NCBI RefSeq assembly: GCF_009914755.1
Contig: NC_060942.1
From: the human T2T-CHM13v2.0 reference genome, Homo sapiens
Direction: 5' to 3' (one strand)
DNA: 64,000 nt
Numbering within the stretch: position 1 is the first letter of the stretch; each line of letters begins with the position of its first letter. Below the pieces are notes generated by a model. That model saw only the letters and a program-made list of their open reading frames with translations. It was not told the DNA's origin and did no database searches. A program made the position numbers and the translations under genes. Below are positions 1 to 10,776 of this stretch, one piece after another.

Positions 1-870
1 TTCCATATCATTGTATCAAGGAAGTTTTGACTAGAAAGCTGCTACTTTGAATAGAAATGAAGGACAGAGCTTAACCTACTGAACTTACAATTTGTTGAAG
101 AGACAAATTGAAGCAGATCATCAAGTTTTGTTTTTGGTGTGTTCAAAACATTCAAAATTGAGAGTCTCCTGTTTTTATATTGTAAGACTCCATGGTGACT
201 GGGAGGACGGACAAGAGGGAGGTTGAAGAGTAGAATTCAGAGTGAAAGAGAGTGCTCTAAGGGAACTTGAGCTAGGGCATAGAAAACATCATGGCTATGC
301 TTTGGTTCTCCTCTGCCCAGGCAGCTTCCAGTCACTCACTCCTATATATCCCCTACCCCATCAGTTCTCCTTTGTCTTAATTTTCATTGTCAACTTTGTT
401 GTGGTCTTCTTTGTTGCCCTTCATCTTCCCTTCCTCCTCCTCCTTTTTTTCTCTTTCTTTCTCTGAACAAGTAATAGTTTTTGTATAGCACTAGAGTGCT
501 ATAAGTTGTATAATTTATTAATATTTAAGTTTTTCCTTTGCTCACATTTAAAACTGTTTAAATAAACTGATATGTTGCAGTTAATCAGTCCATTTGAATC
601 AGAATTTGAGAGCTTATTTAAAATTATAATATCAGTTCTCCATAGGTAAACAATAGAGGTTAATAATTAGAGAAGGTAAGCACCAATATGTTGTCATCTC
701 TATTTAATTATTCAGCTGTCTGGTTTATTTGGAAGTTGATATAAGATTGTTTTTATAAAGGGTACTGTAGTTTTACTGTTGTACAAAGTCATCATACTTA
801 TGTTTTTCAAGGAAAGTAATTTTGTATGATGATTCTTTAAAACAATAATTAGCCATATACTTTTTTACAG

Positions 871-1040
871 GTACATGAAATCCCGCTTAACCTATAATCA
901 AATTAATGATGTTATTAAAGAAATCAACAAGGCAGTAATTAGTAAATATAAAATCCTACATCAGCCAAAAAAGTCTATGAATTCTGTGACCAGAAATCTC
1001 TATCACAGATTTATTGATGAAGAAACGAAGGATACCAAAG
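871..1040 (+). CDS. SKA1: SKA1 (spindle and kinetochore-associated complex subunit 1), penultimate coding exon
   Basis: Acceptor ttttttacAG at 861-870 and donor AAAG|GTAAAA at 1041. Translates YMKSRLTYNQINDVIKEINKAVISKYKILHQPKKSMNSVTRNLYHRFIDEETKDTK, the SKA1 C-terminal microtubule-binding domain. Confidence 0.96.
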
Positions 1041-1135
1041 GTAAAATGGCAGCATATATGTGTGTACATGTGAACTGTTCAGAGTATAACTAAATCACGA
1101 GAAATGTAGCTAGTTCTAGAAAATTCTAAATCTAG

Positions 1136-1346
1136 AGTGTTAATTCCCAACCAGGAGCAGTTATCCTACCAGGAGACATTTTACCATGTCTGGAGACATT
1201 TTTGGTTGTTACAGCTGGGTGCTCCTGGCATCTAGTAGGTAGAGGCCAGGGATGCTGCTATAACAGCCGGCAGTGCACAGGATAGCACCCACAAAATAAA
1301 TTCTCTGGCTCACAGTGTCTGTAGTGCTGAGCCTGAGAAACATTGC
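1136..1346. mobile_element. MER20 hAT-Charlie DNA transposon in SKA1 intron
   Basis: Diagnostic ggagacatttttggttgt...ctggcatctagtaggtagaggccagggatgctgcta...gtgcacagga core. Confidence 0.8.
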
Positions 1347-1845
1347 TTTAGAGTCTATTGTGAAACTATGCCCAATGTTTTAGGAAATTGAATAGTAATG
1401 ATAATAGCTAGTCCTGTTGATATAGCTACTTACTGTATGGCAGAGAGTGTGCCAAGAGCTTCAATCCTTACAACACCCATATCACTTACTATTATTACTC
1501 CCAATTTGTAGACTAGGCAAAGAGAGCTTAACTTACTTGTCCAAGGTCATCCAGTTAAATGATAACACTGTTACGGGTTTTATTCTTATAACCACTATGT
1601 CACATTGCCTCTTGAAAAGTGAATTGTTCAAGCGATACCAACAGATAGCTAGTGACCTAATAAATATCATGCATGCAACTTCTGTTGATAGAATAATTAT
1701 TATTTTAGCAAGAATACTAGTTCTTGGTTTTATTGGATACTAACAGTAAAAACGACTAATACCATTCATATTCACAACTTAATGTATTAAAGACTCTTTT
1801 GCAAGTTGGCCTTATAAAAATTAGCACTAATATCTTTATTTTTAG

Positions 1846-1994
1846 GTCGTTATTTTATAGTGGAAGCTGACATAAAGGAGTTCACAACTTTGAAAGCTGA
1901 CAAGAAGTTTCACGTGTTACTGAATATTTTACGACACTGCCGGAGGCTATCAGAGGTCCGAGGGGGAGGACTTACTCGTTATGTTATAACCTGA
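1846..1994 (+). CDS. SKA1: SKA1 terminal coding exon
   Basis: Acceptor tttatttttAG ending 1845; phase-compatible with the previous exon (G|GT = Gly). Translates RYFIVEADIKEFTTLKADKKFHVLLNILRHCRRLSEVRGGGLTRYVIT then TGA at 1992-1994. Confidence 0.96.
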
Positions 1995-2096
1995 GTCCCT
2001 TGTGAACTTTTGAACATACCAACAGGGTATAGAGTATAGAGGCTATTTCTATAATTTTCTTATATATAATTTTTTTAACTTTTAATCTTTTTTGTT

Positions 2097-2415
2097 TCCT
2101 TTTTTTTTTTTTTGAGACAGGATCTTGCTTTGTCACCCAGGGGCTTGCTTTGTCACGCAGGCTAGAGTGCAGTGGCGCAAACATGGCTCACTGCAGCCTC
2201 AACCTCCCAGGCTCAAGTGATCCTCCCACCTCAGCCCCCTGAATGGCTGGGACTACAAGCGTGCGCCACCATGCCTGGCTAATTTTTGTATTTTTTGGAG
2301 AGATGGGGTTTCACCATGTTGCCTAGGCTGGTCTTGAGCTCCTGAGCTCAAACAATCCACCCTCCTCAGCCTCCCAAAGTGCTGGGATTACAGGCTTGAG
2401 CCACCACACCTGACC
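2097..2415 (-). mobile_element. Alu (AluJ-like), antisense, in 3' UTR
   Basis: PolyT followed by gagacagg...ctcccaaagtgctgggattacagg. Confidence 0.92.
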
Positions 2416-2466
2416 TATTCTTGTTTCTTATAAAAATAAAACTTTTTTGGATAAAGCTTATTTCTT

Positions 2467-2775
2467 GTTTTTTTCTTTTTCTTTTTTTTTTTTTTTGAGA
2501 CAGTCTCGCTCTTTCACCCAGGCCGGACTGCAGCGGCGCTATCTCGGCTCACTGCAAACTCTGCCTCCCAGGTTCACGCCATCCTCCTGCCTCAGCCTCC
2601 TGAGTAGCTGGGACTACAGGCACCTGCCACCACGCCCAGCTAATTTTTTGTATTTTTAGTAGAGATGGGGTTTCACCGTGTTAGCCAGGATGGTCTCGAT
2701 CTCCTGACCTCATGATCCGCCCACCTCGGCCTCCCAAAGTGCTGGGATTACAGGCGTGAGCCACCGCGCCCGGCC
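2467..2775 (-). mobile_element. Alu (AluY-like), antisense, in 3' UTR
   Basis: PolyT; ttagccaggatggtctcgatctcctgacctc; ends ccaccgcgcccggcc. Confidence 0.93.
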
Positions 2776-2934
2776 AACTTATATATTTTCAAGATTCACC
2801 TCCTCTCACCAAATATTTAACTACCTGCTGAATACGCCTCTGTACTAGGCACATAATGGAACTAAAAAATGCTCATGTCCAGTTTTTGTGTTGAGTGAAC
2901 AATGCTGCAGACCCTAATAAGATTGGGTACAGAT

Positions 2935-3071
2935 CGGCATGCGCCTGTAGTCCCAGCTACTCAGGAGAATTGCTTGAACCTAGGAGGTGGAGGTTGCAGT
3001 GAGCCGAGATCGTGCCACTGCACTCCAGTCTGGGCAACAGAGCGAGACTCCATCTCAGAAAAAAAGAAAAA
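2935..3071 (+). mobile_element. 5'-truncated Alu right arm, sense
   Basis: gcgcctgtagtcccagctactc...gagcgagactccatctc plus A tail. TSD aagattgggtacagat (2919-2934) / aagactgggtacagat (3072-3087). Confidence 0.9.
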
Positions 3072-3353
3072 AAGACTGGGTACAGATGTGATATTGGAAG
3101 AAAAAGATCAAGCTGATGAGGTTAGGATACCCAGGCCCTTTGGACTTAAAGATCACTAGTGTCTAAATTCCATCGATGGCATTTCAGTCTATAGGTAAAC
3201 TTCCTGGAAGCTGGATTTGGAGACAGTTTATCATCTGATTATTGGGCTTTCGTATAGGTCCTTAGGGAGCAGCTTACCTGAAATGCATTTAGTGTACACC
3301 AGTCTGTAAACTTCAACCTGTAATGAAAGTGTAATAAATGTACATTGAGTTGA

Positions 3354-4220
3354 TGTGATAATGTGATATAATAAGAAATATATATTTGATCTTCCTATCT
3401 AGTTCCTTGTTCAGAGCTCCTAAAACCCTTGTAATTTCCAAAGTGATGGAGTACATCTTTTGTTCTAGTATTTGGTCTTTGACCCCAGTTCCTGACACAA
3501 AGCTCCTAAATTCCTTTAAATTTCCCAGTGATAGGAGAATTTTTTGTTCTAATGAGGTCACTCTTGATGGGCACCTGGATAACTCAGGATGGGGGCTGCT
3601 CACAAAGACCACATCATGATTGGAAGTTTCAAACTTTCAGTCTCCCACCTCCAGAGAGGGGAGAGGGGCTGGAGATTTGTGTCAATAATCCATCAGGCCT
3701 ATGTCAACAAGACATAATCCGTTAACTATGGAGTTCAGGGAGCTTCAGGGTTGGCAAACATTTTGATGTGCCAGGAAGGTGACGCACTCCAGCTTTATGA
3801 AGTCAGCAAGTCCTGTGCTCAGGATGCTTCTGGACCTTGCCCCAGGTACCCCTTCATGTGGCTGTTGTTCATCTGTATCCTTTGTAGTAGCCTTAAAATA
3901 AACTGTTAAACACAAGTAAAGCATTTCCCTGAGTTCTGTATTGCCGTATCAAATTATCAAACCTGAGGAGGGGGTTGTGGGAACCCCCATGTGTAGCCAT
4001 GTTGGACAGAAGTATGGGCAACCTGGGGACCTGCTAGTTGTGACTGGTGTTTGAAGTTGGGGATGGTTTTATGGGACTGAGCCCTTAAATCTGTGGGGTC
4101 TGCATCAACTCTAGGTATTTAGTGTCAGAATTCAATTAAATATAGGATACTCTGTTGGTGTCTAGAGAATTGGAAAATTGGTTGGGATGGGGAAAAAAAC
4201 TCCACACATTTGGTGTCAGA
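3354..4220 (+). mobile_element. MER21-type solo LTR
   Basis: Starts tgtgataatgtgatatataataagaaatatatattt...cagagctcctaaaaccctt and ends ccacacatttggtgtcaga, resembling MER21. Internal AATAAA at 3897. Confidence 0.7.
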
Positions 4221-4615
4221 AATATTATGTGAATGTAGTATAGAAGAAAACAGGCTTTTCCCTTGTTGGTGAAAAACATGATAAAATAATGTGTGGGTAG
4301 GTTGATAATAGTCAAGAAAAATGGGTAATGGGATTGTAAGAACTTAGCCATGTTTCTCTCAGGCACCTGGGGAGACTGGTCTGTCTATGTCTGTGCCATC
4401 TGCTTGGCAGGCTTGTCCCTGTAGCAGAGAAAAAATGTGTCTCACCAAGCCTGTGGCCTGGTTAACACCATCACTGTGATGAACACACAGACGCTGCATA
4501 TTTACTGTTATCCTTTTGTTTTCCTTAATTTAAATACAGGCATGTTTAATTTTTCATGCCTCAACTTAAGTGAAAATAATGGCATTATTCTTTATTTTAA
4601 GTATTGTTTGATTTT

Positions 4616-4973
4616 TGATATGGTTTGGCTGTGCCCCTACCCAAATCTCACCTTGAATTGTAATAATCCCTATGTGTCAAGGGCAGGGCCAGGTGGAGAT
4701 AATTGAATCACGGGGGTGGTTTTCCCCATGCTGTTCTCATGGTGTAATTAATGAGTCTCACGCGATCTGATAGTTTTATAAATGGGACTTCCCCTGCACA
4801 AGCTCTCTTGCCTGCTGCCATGTAAGACATGACTTGGCTCCTCATTTGCCTTCCGCCATGATTGTGAGGTCTCCCCAGCCATGAGGAACTGTGAGTCCAT
4901 TAAACCTCTTTCCTTTATAAATTACCTATTCTTGGGTATGTCTTTATTAGCAGTGTGAGAACAGACTAATACA
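4616..4973 (+). mobile_element. THE1 (MaLR) solo LTR
   Basis: TGATATGGTTTGGCTGTG...AGACTAATACA with 5-bp TSD ATTTT on both sides. Confidence 0.92.
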
Positions 4974-4978
4974 ATTTT

Positions 4979-5412
4979 TCTTTTTCTCTTCTTCTCCTCC
5001 TTTTCCTCCTTCTCTTTCTTCTCCTCCTCCTTCTCTTCCTTTTCCTTCTCCCTCTCCTCTTCCTCCTTCTTCCCCTTCTCCTCCTCCTCCTCCTTCTTCT
5101 TCTTCGTCTTTGTCTTCTTCTTTGTCTTTATCTTCTTCTTCTTGCCAGAATCTCACTCTGATGTCCAGGCTGGAGTACAGTGGTGTGATATTGGTTCACT
5201 GCCTCCACCTCCCAGGTTGAAGCCATCCTCTCACATCAGCCTCCCAAACAGGTGCATGCCACCATGCCTGGCTTTTTTTTTTATTTTGTATTTTTTGTAG
5301 AGACAGAGTCTTGCTATGTTGCCCAGGCTAGTCTTGAACTCCCGGGCTAAAGCAATCACCCTCGGCCTCCCAAAGTGTCGGGATTATAGGCGTGAGCCAC
5401 TGCACCCAGCCC
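4979..5412 (-). mobile_element. AluJ-like element whose tail has expanded into a (CTT/CCT)n pyrimidine tract (4979-5145)
   Basis: About 165 nt of nearly pure C/T sequence adjacent to an antisense Alu body. Confidence 0.8.
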
Positions 5413-6071
5413 ATAGATGGTTTTAATAAGGATTCTGTGGTTATAAGAGTGTGAGATGTGCTTAGTTAAGTAAAGATAAGCAGATTTTATTATTTCATGA
5501 CTTCTGAAGTCCTTCATCTTACCCATTTATTTTCTAAATCTCCAACAGAGACAGGCTGTGTAGTGGAGCACACATTCTACTTGTGGAGAGTTACTTCCAT
5601 TACCTCTTTCGTTATTTCTGAGGAATACGTATTCATATCTCTGGGCATACTAATGCTCCATGAAATATGTTTTGGAAACATAAAGCAATCTGTTTTGCTT
5701 TATGACGTAAAGCAACCTGACATAAAGCAATCTGTTTTGAAACCCCACTCGTTTTTATTAATGAAATGTCATTACACAATCTTATTAGTAAATATATGTA
5801 TGTAAAAGACATTTATTGACGCAGTGTAATGGACTTTGGGGTGAGAAGGCTAACCAGAGTTCAAATCCTGGTTATGCTACTGACACGCAGTACAAGCTTC
5901 AGTTAGTTAATCTCTTAGAACCACAGTCTTCTTATCTTCTGTAACAAGATAATCACGGCAGTCACCTGGTTGCCCTTGCTGACTCCACTTGGGGGTAGGA
6001 GGTGAGAGAAGTACTGGTGAAACTTGAGAGTGCAATTAAAGGGAGATGGATATCCTAAAAACCAGCCCAAT

Positions 6072-6400
6072 TGAGGCAGGAAAATAGGGTCTGGAGGCAA
6101 GGAACATAAGGCTGATTCACACTTCAGCTATGACAGGAAATATCCTCTCCATAGGGCGTAGGCCAAGTAAATGATTTTATCACTTCATCCTCTTCATTTA
6201 CATAGGGCATACCCCAAGTAGAGGGTATGTAAACTCCCCAGAATTCTGTTACGGGGCCTTTGAGTCCCTATGCTCAGACCTGCTCCCACACTGTGGAGTG
6301 TACTTTCATTTTCAATAAAACTATTCCTTCCTTGCTTTGTGCATTTTGTCCAATTCTTTGTTCAAGATGCCAAGAACCTGGACACCCTCCACCATTAACA
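6072..6400 (+). mobile_element. MER51-type ERV1 solo LTR
   Basis: TGAGGCAGGAAAATAGGGTCTGGAGGC start, AATAAA at about 6314, and ...gccaagaacctggacaccctccaccattaACA end. Confidence 0.75.
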
Positions 6401-6461
6401 CGATGCCTCTTCAGCCATCAAGCTTGATACAGTGCCCAGTGACAGTGACACTACAGTGTGA

Positions 6462-6812
<351 letters not shown>

Positions 6813-7133
6813 AAGGACAGTCTGCATCCCTTTGGCAGGGCAAGTTCCTGCCAGATGTCTGAACAGCACATGGACTTCTCTGCTTAAAGCGCCTTGCTAT
6901 GGATCCTGTGGACTGGTTTAAACATACTGCCAACCTCCTCCAGGAAGACTGCCTGTTGGGCAAGGGTCCCCTGGGTGTAAGCTGATATGGAAGGGATAAG
7001 ACGGGGTTTCTTGCCTCAGGGGCTGTGCAAGGGAGGCCGCTGCTTAGAGGGAAGGAGAGGGCTCAAACCTGCTGTTGAGGTAGAGATTTCCTGAAAGAAA
7101 AGATGGTAGCAATCACTTCATGAATAGTCACTA

Positions 7134-7538
7134 TGTTCCCAGAAGGTCTGAGTCCTAAGGACCTTCCTCTGGAGCCTCAGTAAATTTACTTAATCTAAAT
7201 GGGTCCAGGTGCTGGGGTAATTACCCTTATCTTGTCTCCTGCTAAATTAGAGGTTTGGGGAGTTCCTTCACACCCCCAATAAACTTGTTTGTGGAGGCCA
7301 GGGGAGTTTCTTCAGACCCACAGTAAAACTTGTTTAATCCTAAATGTGTCCTATTAAGAATTGCTTCGTTATTTTGTCATGCTTTAAGGCCCAGGAAAGG
7401 CCAAGGCAAAACTCTTGGTGGGCTTTTGTTACATCCCAGCCTTTGTATAAGAGCACTAGCTTTTAATATTCAACTTAACCACTCAGTACTGAAACAGTTA
7501 TTATGGAGGCCTGCATTAGTGAGACCTGGCCTGCCACA
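7134..7538 (-). mobile_element. ERV1-class solo LTR with internal deletion (same subfamily as 9534-10153)
   Basis: Reverse complement starts TGTGGCAGGCCAGGTCTCACTAA; near-identical to 9785-10153; flanks ACTA/ACTT. Confidence 0.8.
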
Positions 7539-7726
7539 ACTTAGGGAGAAAAGATTTTTTTGTCTTTCTACATTTTGATTATGATGTATTTGGATGTTGA
7601 TGGTCTTGTATTTGTCCTACTTGGAGTTCTCTGAGCTTCTTGATACGCGAATTTATGGTTTTTAATTAAATTTGGGAAGTTTTCAGCTATTTCTTTTAAT
7701 TTGTGTGTGTGTGCGCGTGCTCCTTT

Positions 7727-8433
7727 TCAGAGGAGGTGCCAGTTGGGCTTCCTGGGTCGACTTGGGGCTCAGAAAGCTGTGAAACTCACTCATTTCCTGC
7801 ATCAGGACTTACTTTGGTCCTGGATGAATAATACTGAAGATATATGCTTAAAATATTCCTAATATCAGAATTTGTGCCTGTGTTTTCTTCCCCAAGAAAG
7901 CTATAAACAGCGAAAATTTTGATGTAAGCTTCCCTGTGTCCTCTCTCCCTCTCTCCCTTCCCCCTCCCCTGAAACTAAAAGGAATGTTAAAAGCCTGTTT
8001 TTCTGTGACCCGCAGAGGCAGACCGTATCTATGCTCCCAATTCCAATTCCTTTTAAACACAATTTGTAAACTCCCGTGAGATCCTGTCTCTTTTGCCATG
8101 TCGCTGCAAGGTCATAAAGTAGATAGAACTTAAGTTACAATTCCAGTTTTCCTCAAGATCTGAGACGTGTTCATTGTCTTTGTTTCTCGCTCTGGTAACA
8201 TCTTCCTGCGGCACGTATTTCCCGCCTGAAGAGTTTAAAAGGTGATCGAAAAATCTAACACTGGCTACCCGCTTGGGACCCCTTCCACGCTGTGGAAGCT
8301 TTATACTGTCACTGCTCAATAAAGCCTACAGCTTTTTTTTTTCTCTCGGTCCGATCCGTGTCTCTCTCTTGCCGCAGGCTGCCACCACACCAATTCTTTG
8401 GCGTGGCTAAGACAAGAACCTTTTGGTGTTACA
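7727..8433 (+). mobile_element. LTR30 (HERV30) solo LTR inserted in an old L1M fragment
   Basis: agaggaggtgccagttgggcttcctgggtcga...ggctcagaaagctgtgaaactc start and ...ggtgttACA end; TSD CTTT on both sides. Confidence 0.8.
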
Positions 8434-9533
8434 CTTTCTTTCCACTCCTGTACTTGCATTACAAATATGTTGGTGCACTTAATGGTGCCCCGCTTTTCTC
8501 TGAAGCTCTGCTCATTTGTCTTTATTTTCCCTCCTATTATTTCTGTTCTTTCTCTGTATTCTTCAAATATATGATCTCTATTGATCTATCTTCAAGTTTG
8601 CCGATTCTTTCTTTGGTTCCTGTTTTTGTGCTTTTAAATTCCAGAATTTTCATTTGGTTCTTTCTTACAATTTCTATCTTTGTATTGATATTCTATATTT
8701 GATGAGACATTGTCATTAGGCTTCCTTTAAACATGGTTCCCTTTAGATCTTTGAACACATGTATAACAGCTGCAGTGATTTGGCTGAGCTAGTTCAATGA
8801 TTTGACTATCTTCTTTCCTGATCTTCCCATTGAGCTTCTAGCAGGTCTGCCTCTGTTGGTATCTCACATGGCTGTTAGCCTCCATTAATTGCTAGGTGAT
8901 TGGTCTGTTGTTCTTGACAGTGCCCTGGGGCTTAAATTGCTCTACAGTCTGATTCAGTTGCAGTCAAGCCCCTTCGCAGGGGCAGGGTATTGCTAGTCTT
9001 TGAGACTTGCTTCCACCCCCTGTGGACTGAACCTCTGTAGTATGGAGTAGGAGCTGGGGGAAAAGGAGGAACAGTTTTTCACCAGCTGCCCCATCCAGAT
9101 CCTGTCTATGGAGCAGGAGCCATGGATGCGGGGTAGGGAGTAGCATCAGGAACTGGTATCATCAGCCACCTATTTCTCTGCTGTGATTTGCAAGGAACTA
9201 GTTTTTCAGTCTCCCTTACCAAATGGCTTCTGACTGGGTTTAGCCAGTAGGAAGTGCTAGTGGAAGATTGGCATGTTGGAGAGGGGGAGAAGCCAGAAAT
9301 TTCATCCTGTCTCGCTTTGCTTTGGGTTGGTATCCTTGGCAGGCTGTGTCTCCTGTGTGGCACTGACTACTCCAACCAGCCCTCTTTTTGTGGTTCCATT
9401 TCCCACTGGGCAATGGGAAACCATGCAGTGTAATTCTCCACTCTGTAGGTTGAAACTATAGTAGCTTTATCTGGATGGCCTGGCAAATAGCCTCTAGTGA
9501 TACCACTTTCTCCCATAATCCCTTCTGTCTTAG

Positions 9534-10153
9534 TGTTCCCAGACCACACTGAGGGCCGGGCTCCTATTTCTCGTGGCCCAATAACGAGATGCAGATGGAC
9601 TGGGGAGGAAGGGAGTTTTTATTTCTGCAACCACTTACAGGGAGAAGGCCTAGAAATTATCACCAGACAAACTCAAAATTACGAAGTTTTCCAGAGCTTA
9701 TATACCTTCTAAGCTATATGTCTATATGTAAGTGTGCATTCATCTAAAGACCTAAGTGATTAACTTCTTTTAATCTATACCTAAGGTCTGAGTCTTGAAG
9801 ACCTTCCTCTGGAGCCTCAGTAAATTTGCTTAATCTAAATGGGTCCAGGTGCTGGGGTAATTACCCTTATCTTGTCTCCTGCTAAATCTTGGCGGTTTGG
9901 GGAGTTTCTTCAGACCCCCAATAAACTCGTTTGTGGAGGCCTGGGGAGTTTCTTTAGACTCACAATAAAACCTGTTTAATCATGCTTTAAGGTACAGGAA
10001 AAGCCTGGGCAAAACTCTTGGTGGGCTTTTGTTACATTCTAGCCTTGTTTTGGGGTACCGGCTCTTTCAGCTTTTAATATTTAATGTAGCCACTCAGTCA
10101 GTGCTGAAATAGTTGTTATGGAGGCCTGCGTTAGTGAGACCCGGCCTGCCACA
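9534..10153 (-). mobile_element. ERV1-class solo LTR (possibly LTR10 group; subfamily not certain)
   Basis: TG...CA termini, TSD TTAG on both sides, reverse-strand AATAAA-like signal near 9617. Confidence 0.8.
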
Positions 10154-10200
10154 TTAGTATAGTAGTAGTGTCTTGCTGTACCCTCTTAGTCACTTCACTA

Positions 10201-10756
10201 TGTGATACCTTACCTTGTTTTAATATGAACAGACTCTCCCTTAGCTGAGAAAGCCAGACAGACTCCATTTGGCTCCTTCATTTGCAAGACATCAAGGGCT
10301 CCTTACCCACCCCCTTCCTCAAGGACTCGTGCAAGCTGACTCCCAGCACATCAAAGAGTGCAATTAGCCAATAAGGTACTGTGGCAAGCTATGTCCACAG
10401 TTCCCAGAAATTCGCCCAAGTGATAGTACCCTAAGCCCCCGCGTTTGTGTCTGGTAGATAGCAGCCAAAGCCCTCGCACCTATCACCTTGTGATGGATTT
10501 AAAGCCCCTGCACCTGGAACTGTTTGTTTTCCTGTAACCATTTGTCTTTTTAACTTTTTTTGCCTGTTTTACTTCTGTAAGATTGCTACAGCTAGGCTTC
10601 CCCTCCCCTCTCTAAACCAAAGTATAAAAGAAAATCTAGCCCCTTCGGGGCCGAGAGAATTTTGAGGGCTAGCCATCTCTCGGTCGCCAGCTAATAAAGG
10701 ACTCCTGAATTAATCTCAAAGTGTAGCGTTTCTCCATAACTCGCTTGGTTACAACA
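10201..10756 (+). repeat. 5' LTR (LTR6-type)
   Basis: TGTGATACC...TTACAACA; TATAAAA at about 10623 and AATAAA at about 10693; direct repeat of 17917-18480. Confidence 0.93.
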
Positions 10757-10758
10757 TT

Positions 10759-10776
10759 TGGAGGCCCCAACGAGAT
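10759..10776 (+). promoter_or_regulatory. Primer binding site, tRNA-Thr
   Basis: TGGAGGCCCCAACGAGAT just after the 5' LTR; complementary (about 1 mismatch) to the tRNA-Thr 3' end ...AUCUCGCUGGGGCCUCCA. Confidence 0.85.

Larger units (their letters stand above)
1995..3925 (+). other. SKA1: SKA1 3' UTR (3' end approximate)
   Basis: Follows the stop codon. AATAAA candidates at about 2435, 3333 and 3897-3902; the end is inferred from the distal signal. Confidence 0.6.

Noticed and set aside
875-1093. 72-aa ORF as a standalone gene
   Set aside because: It is an internal SKA1 exon; translation past 1040 is intron read-through.
4947-5156. Acidic/Gly-rich ORF
   Set aside because: Translation of a simple pyrimidine repeat derived from an Alu tail.
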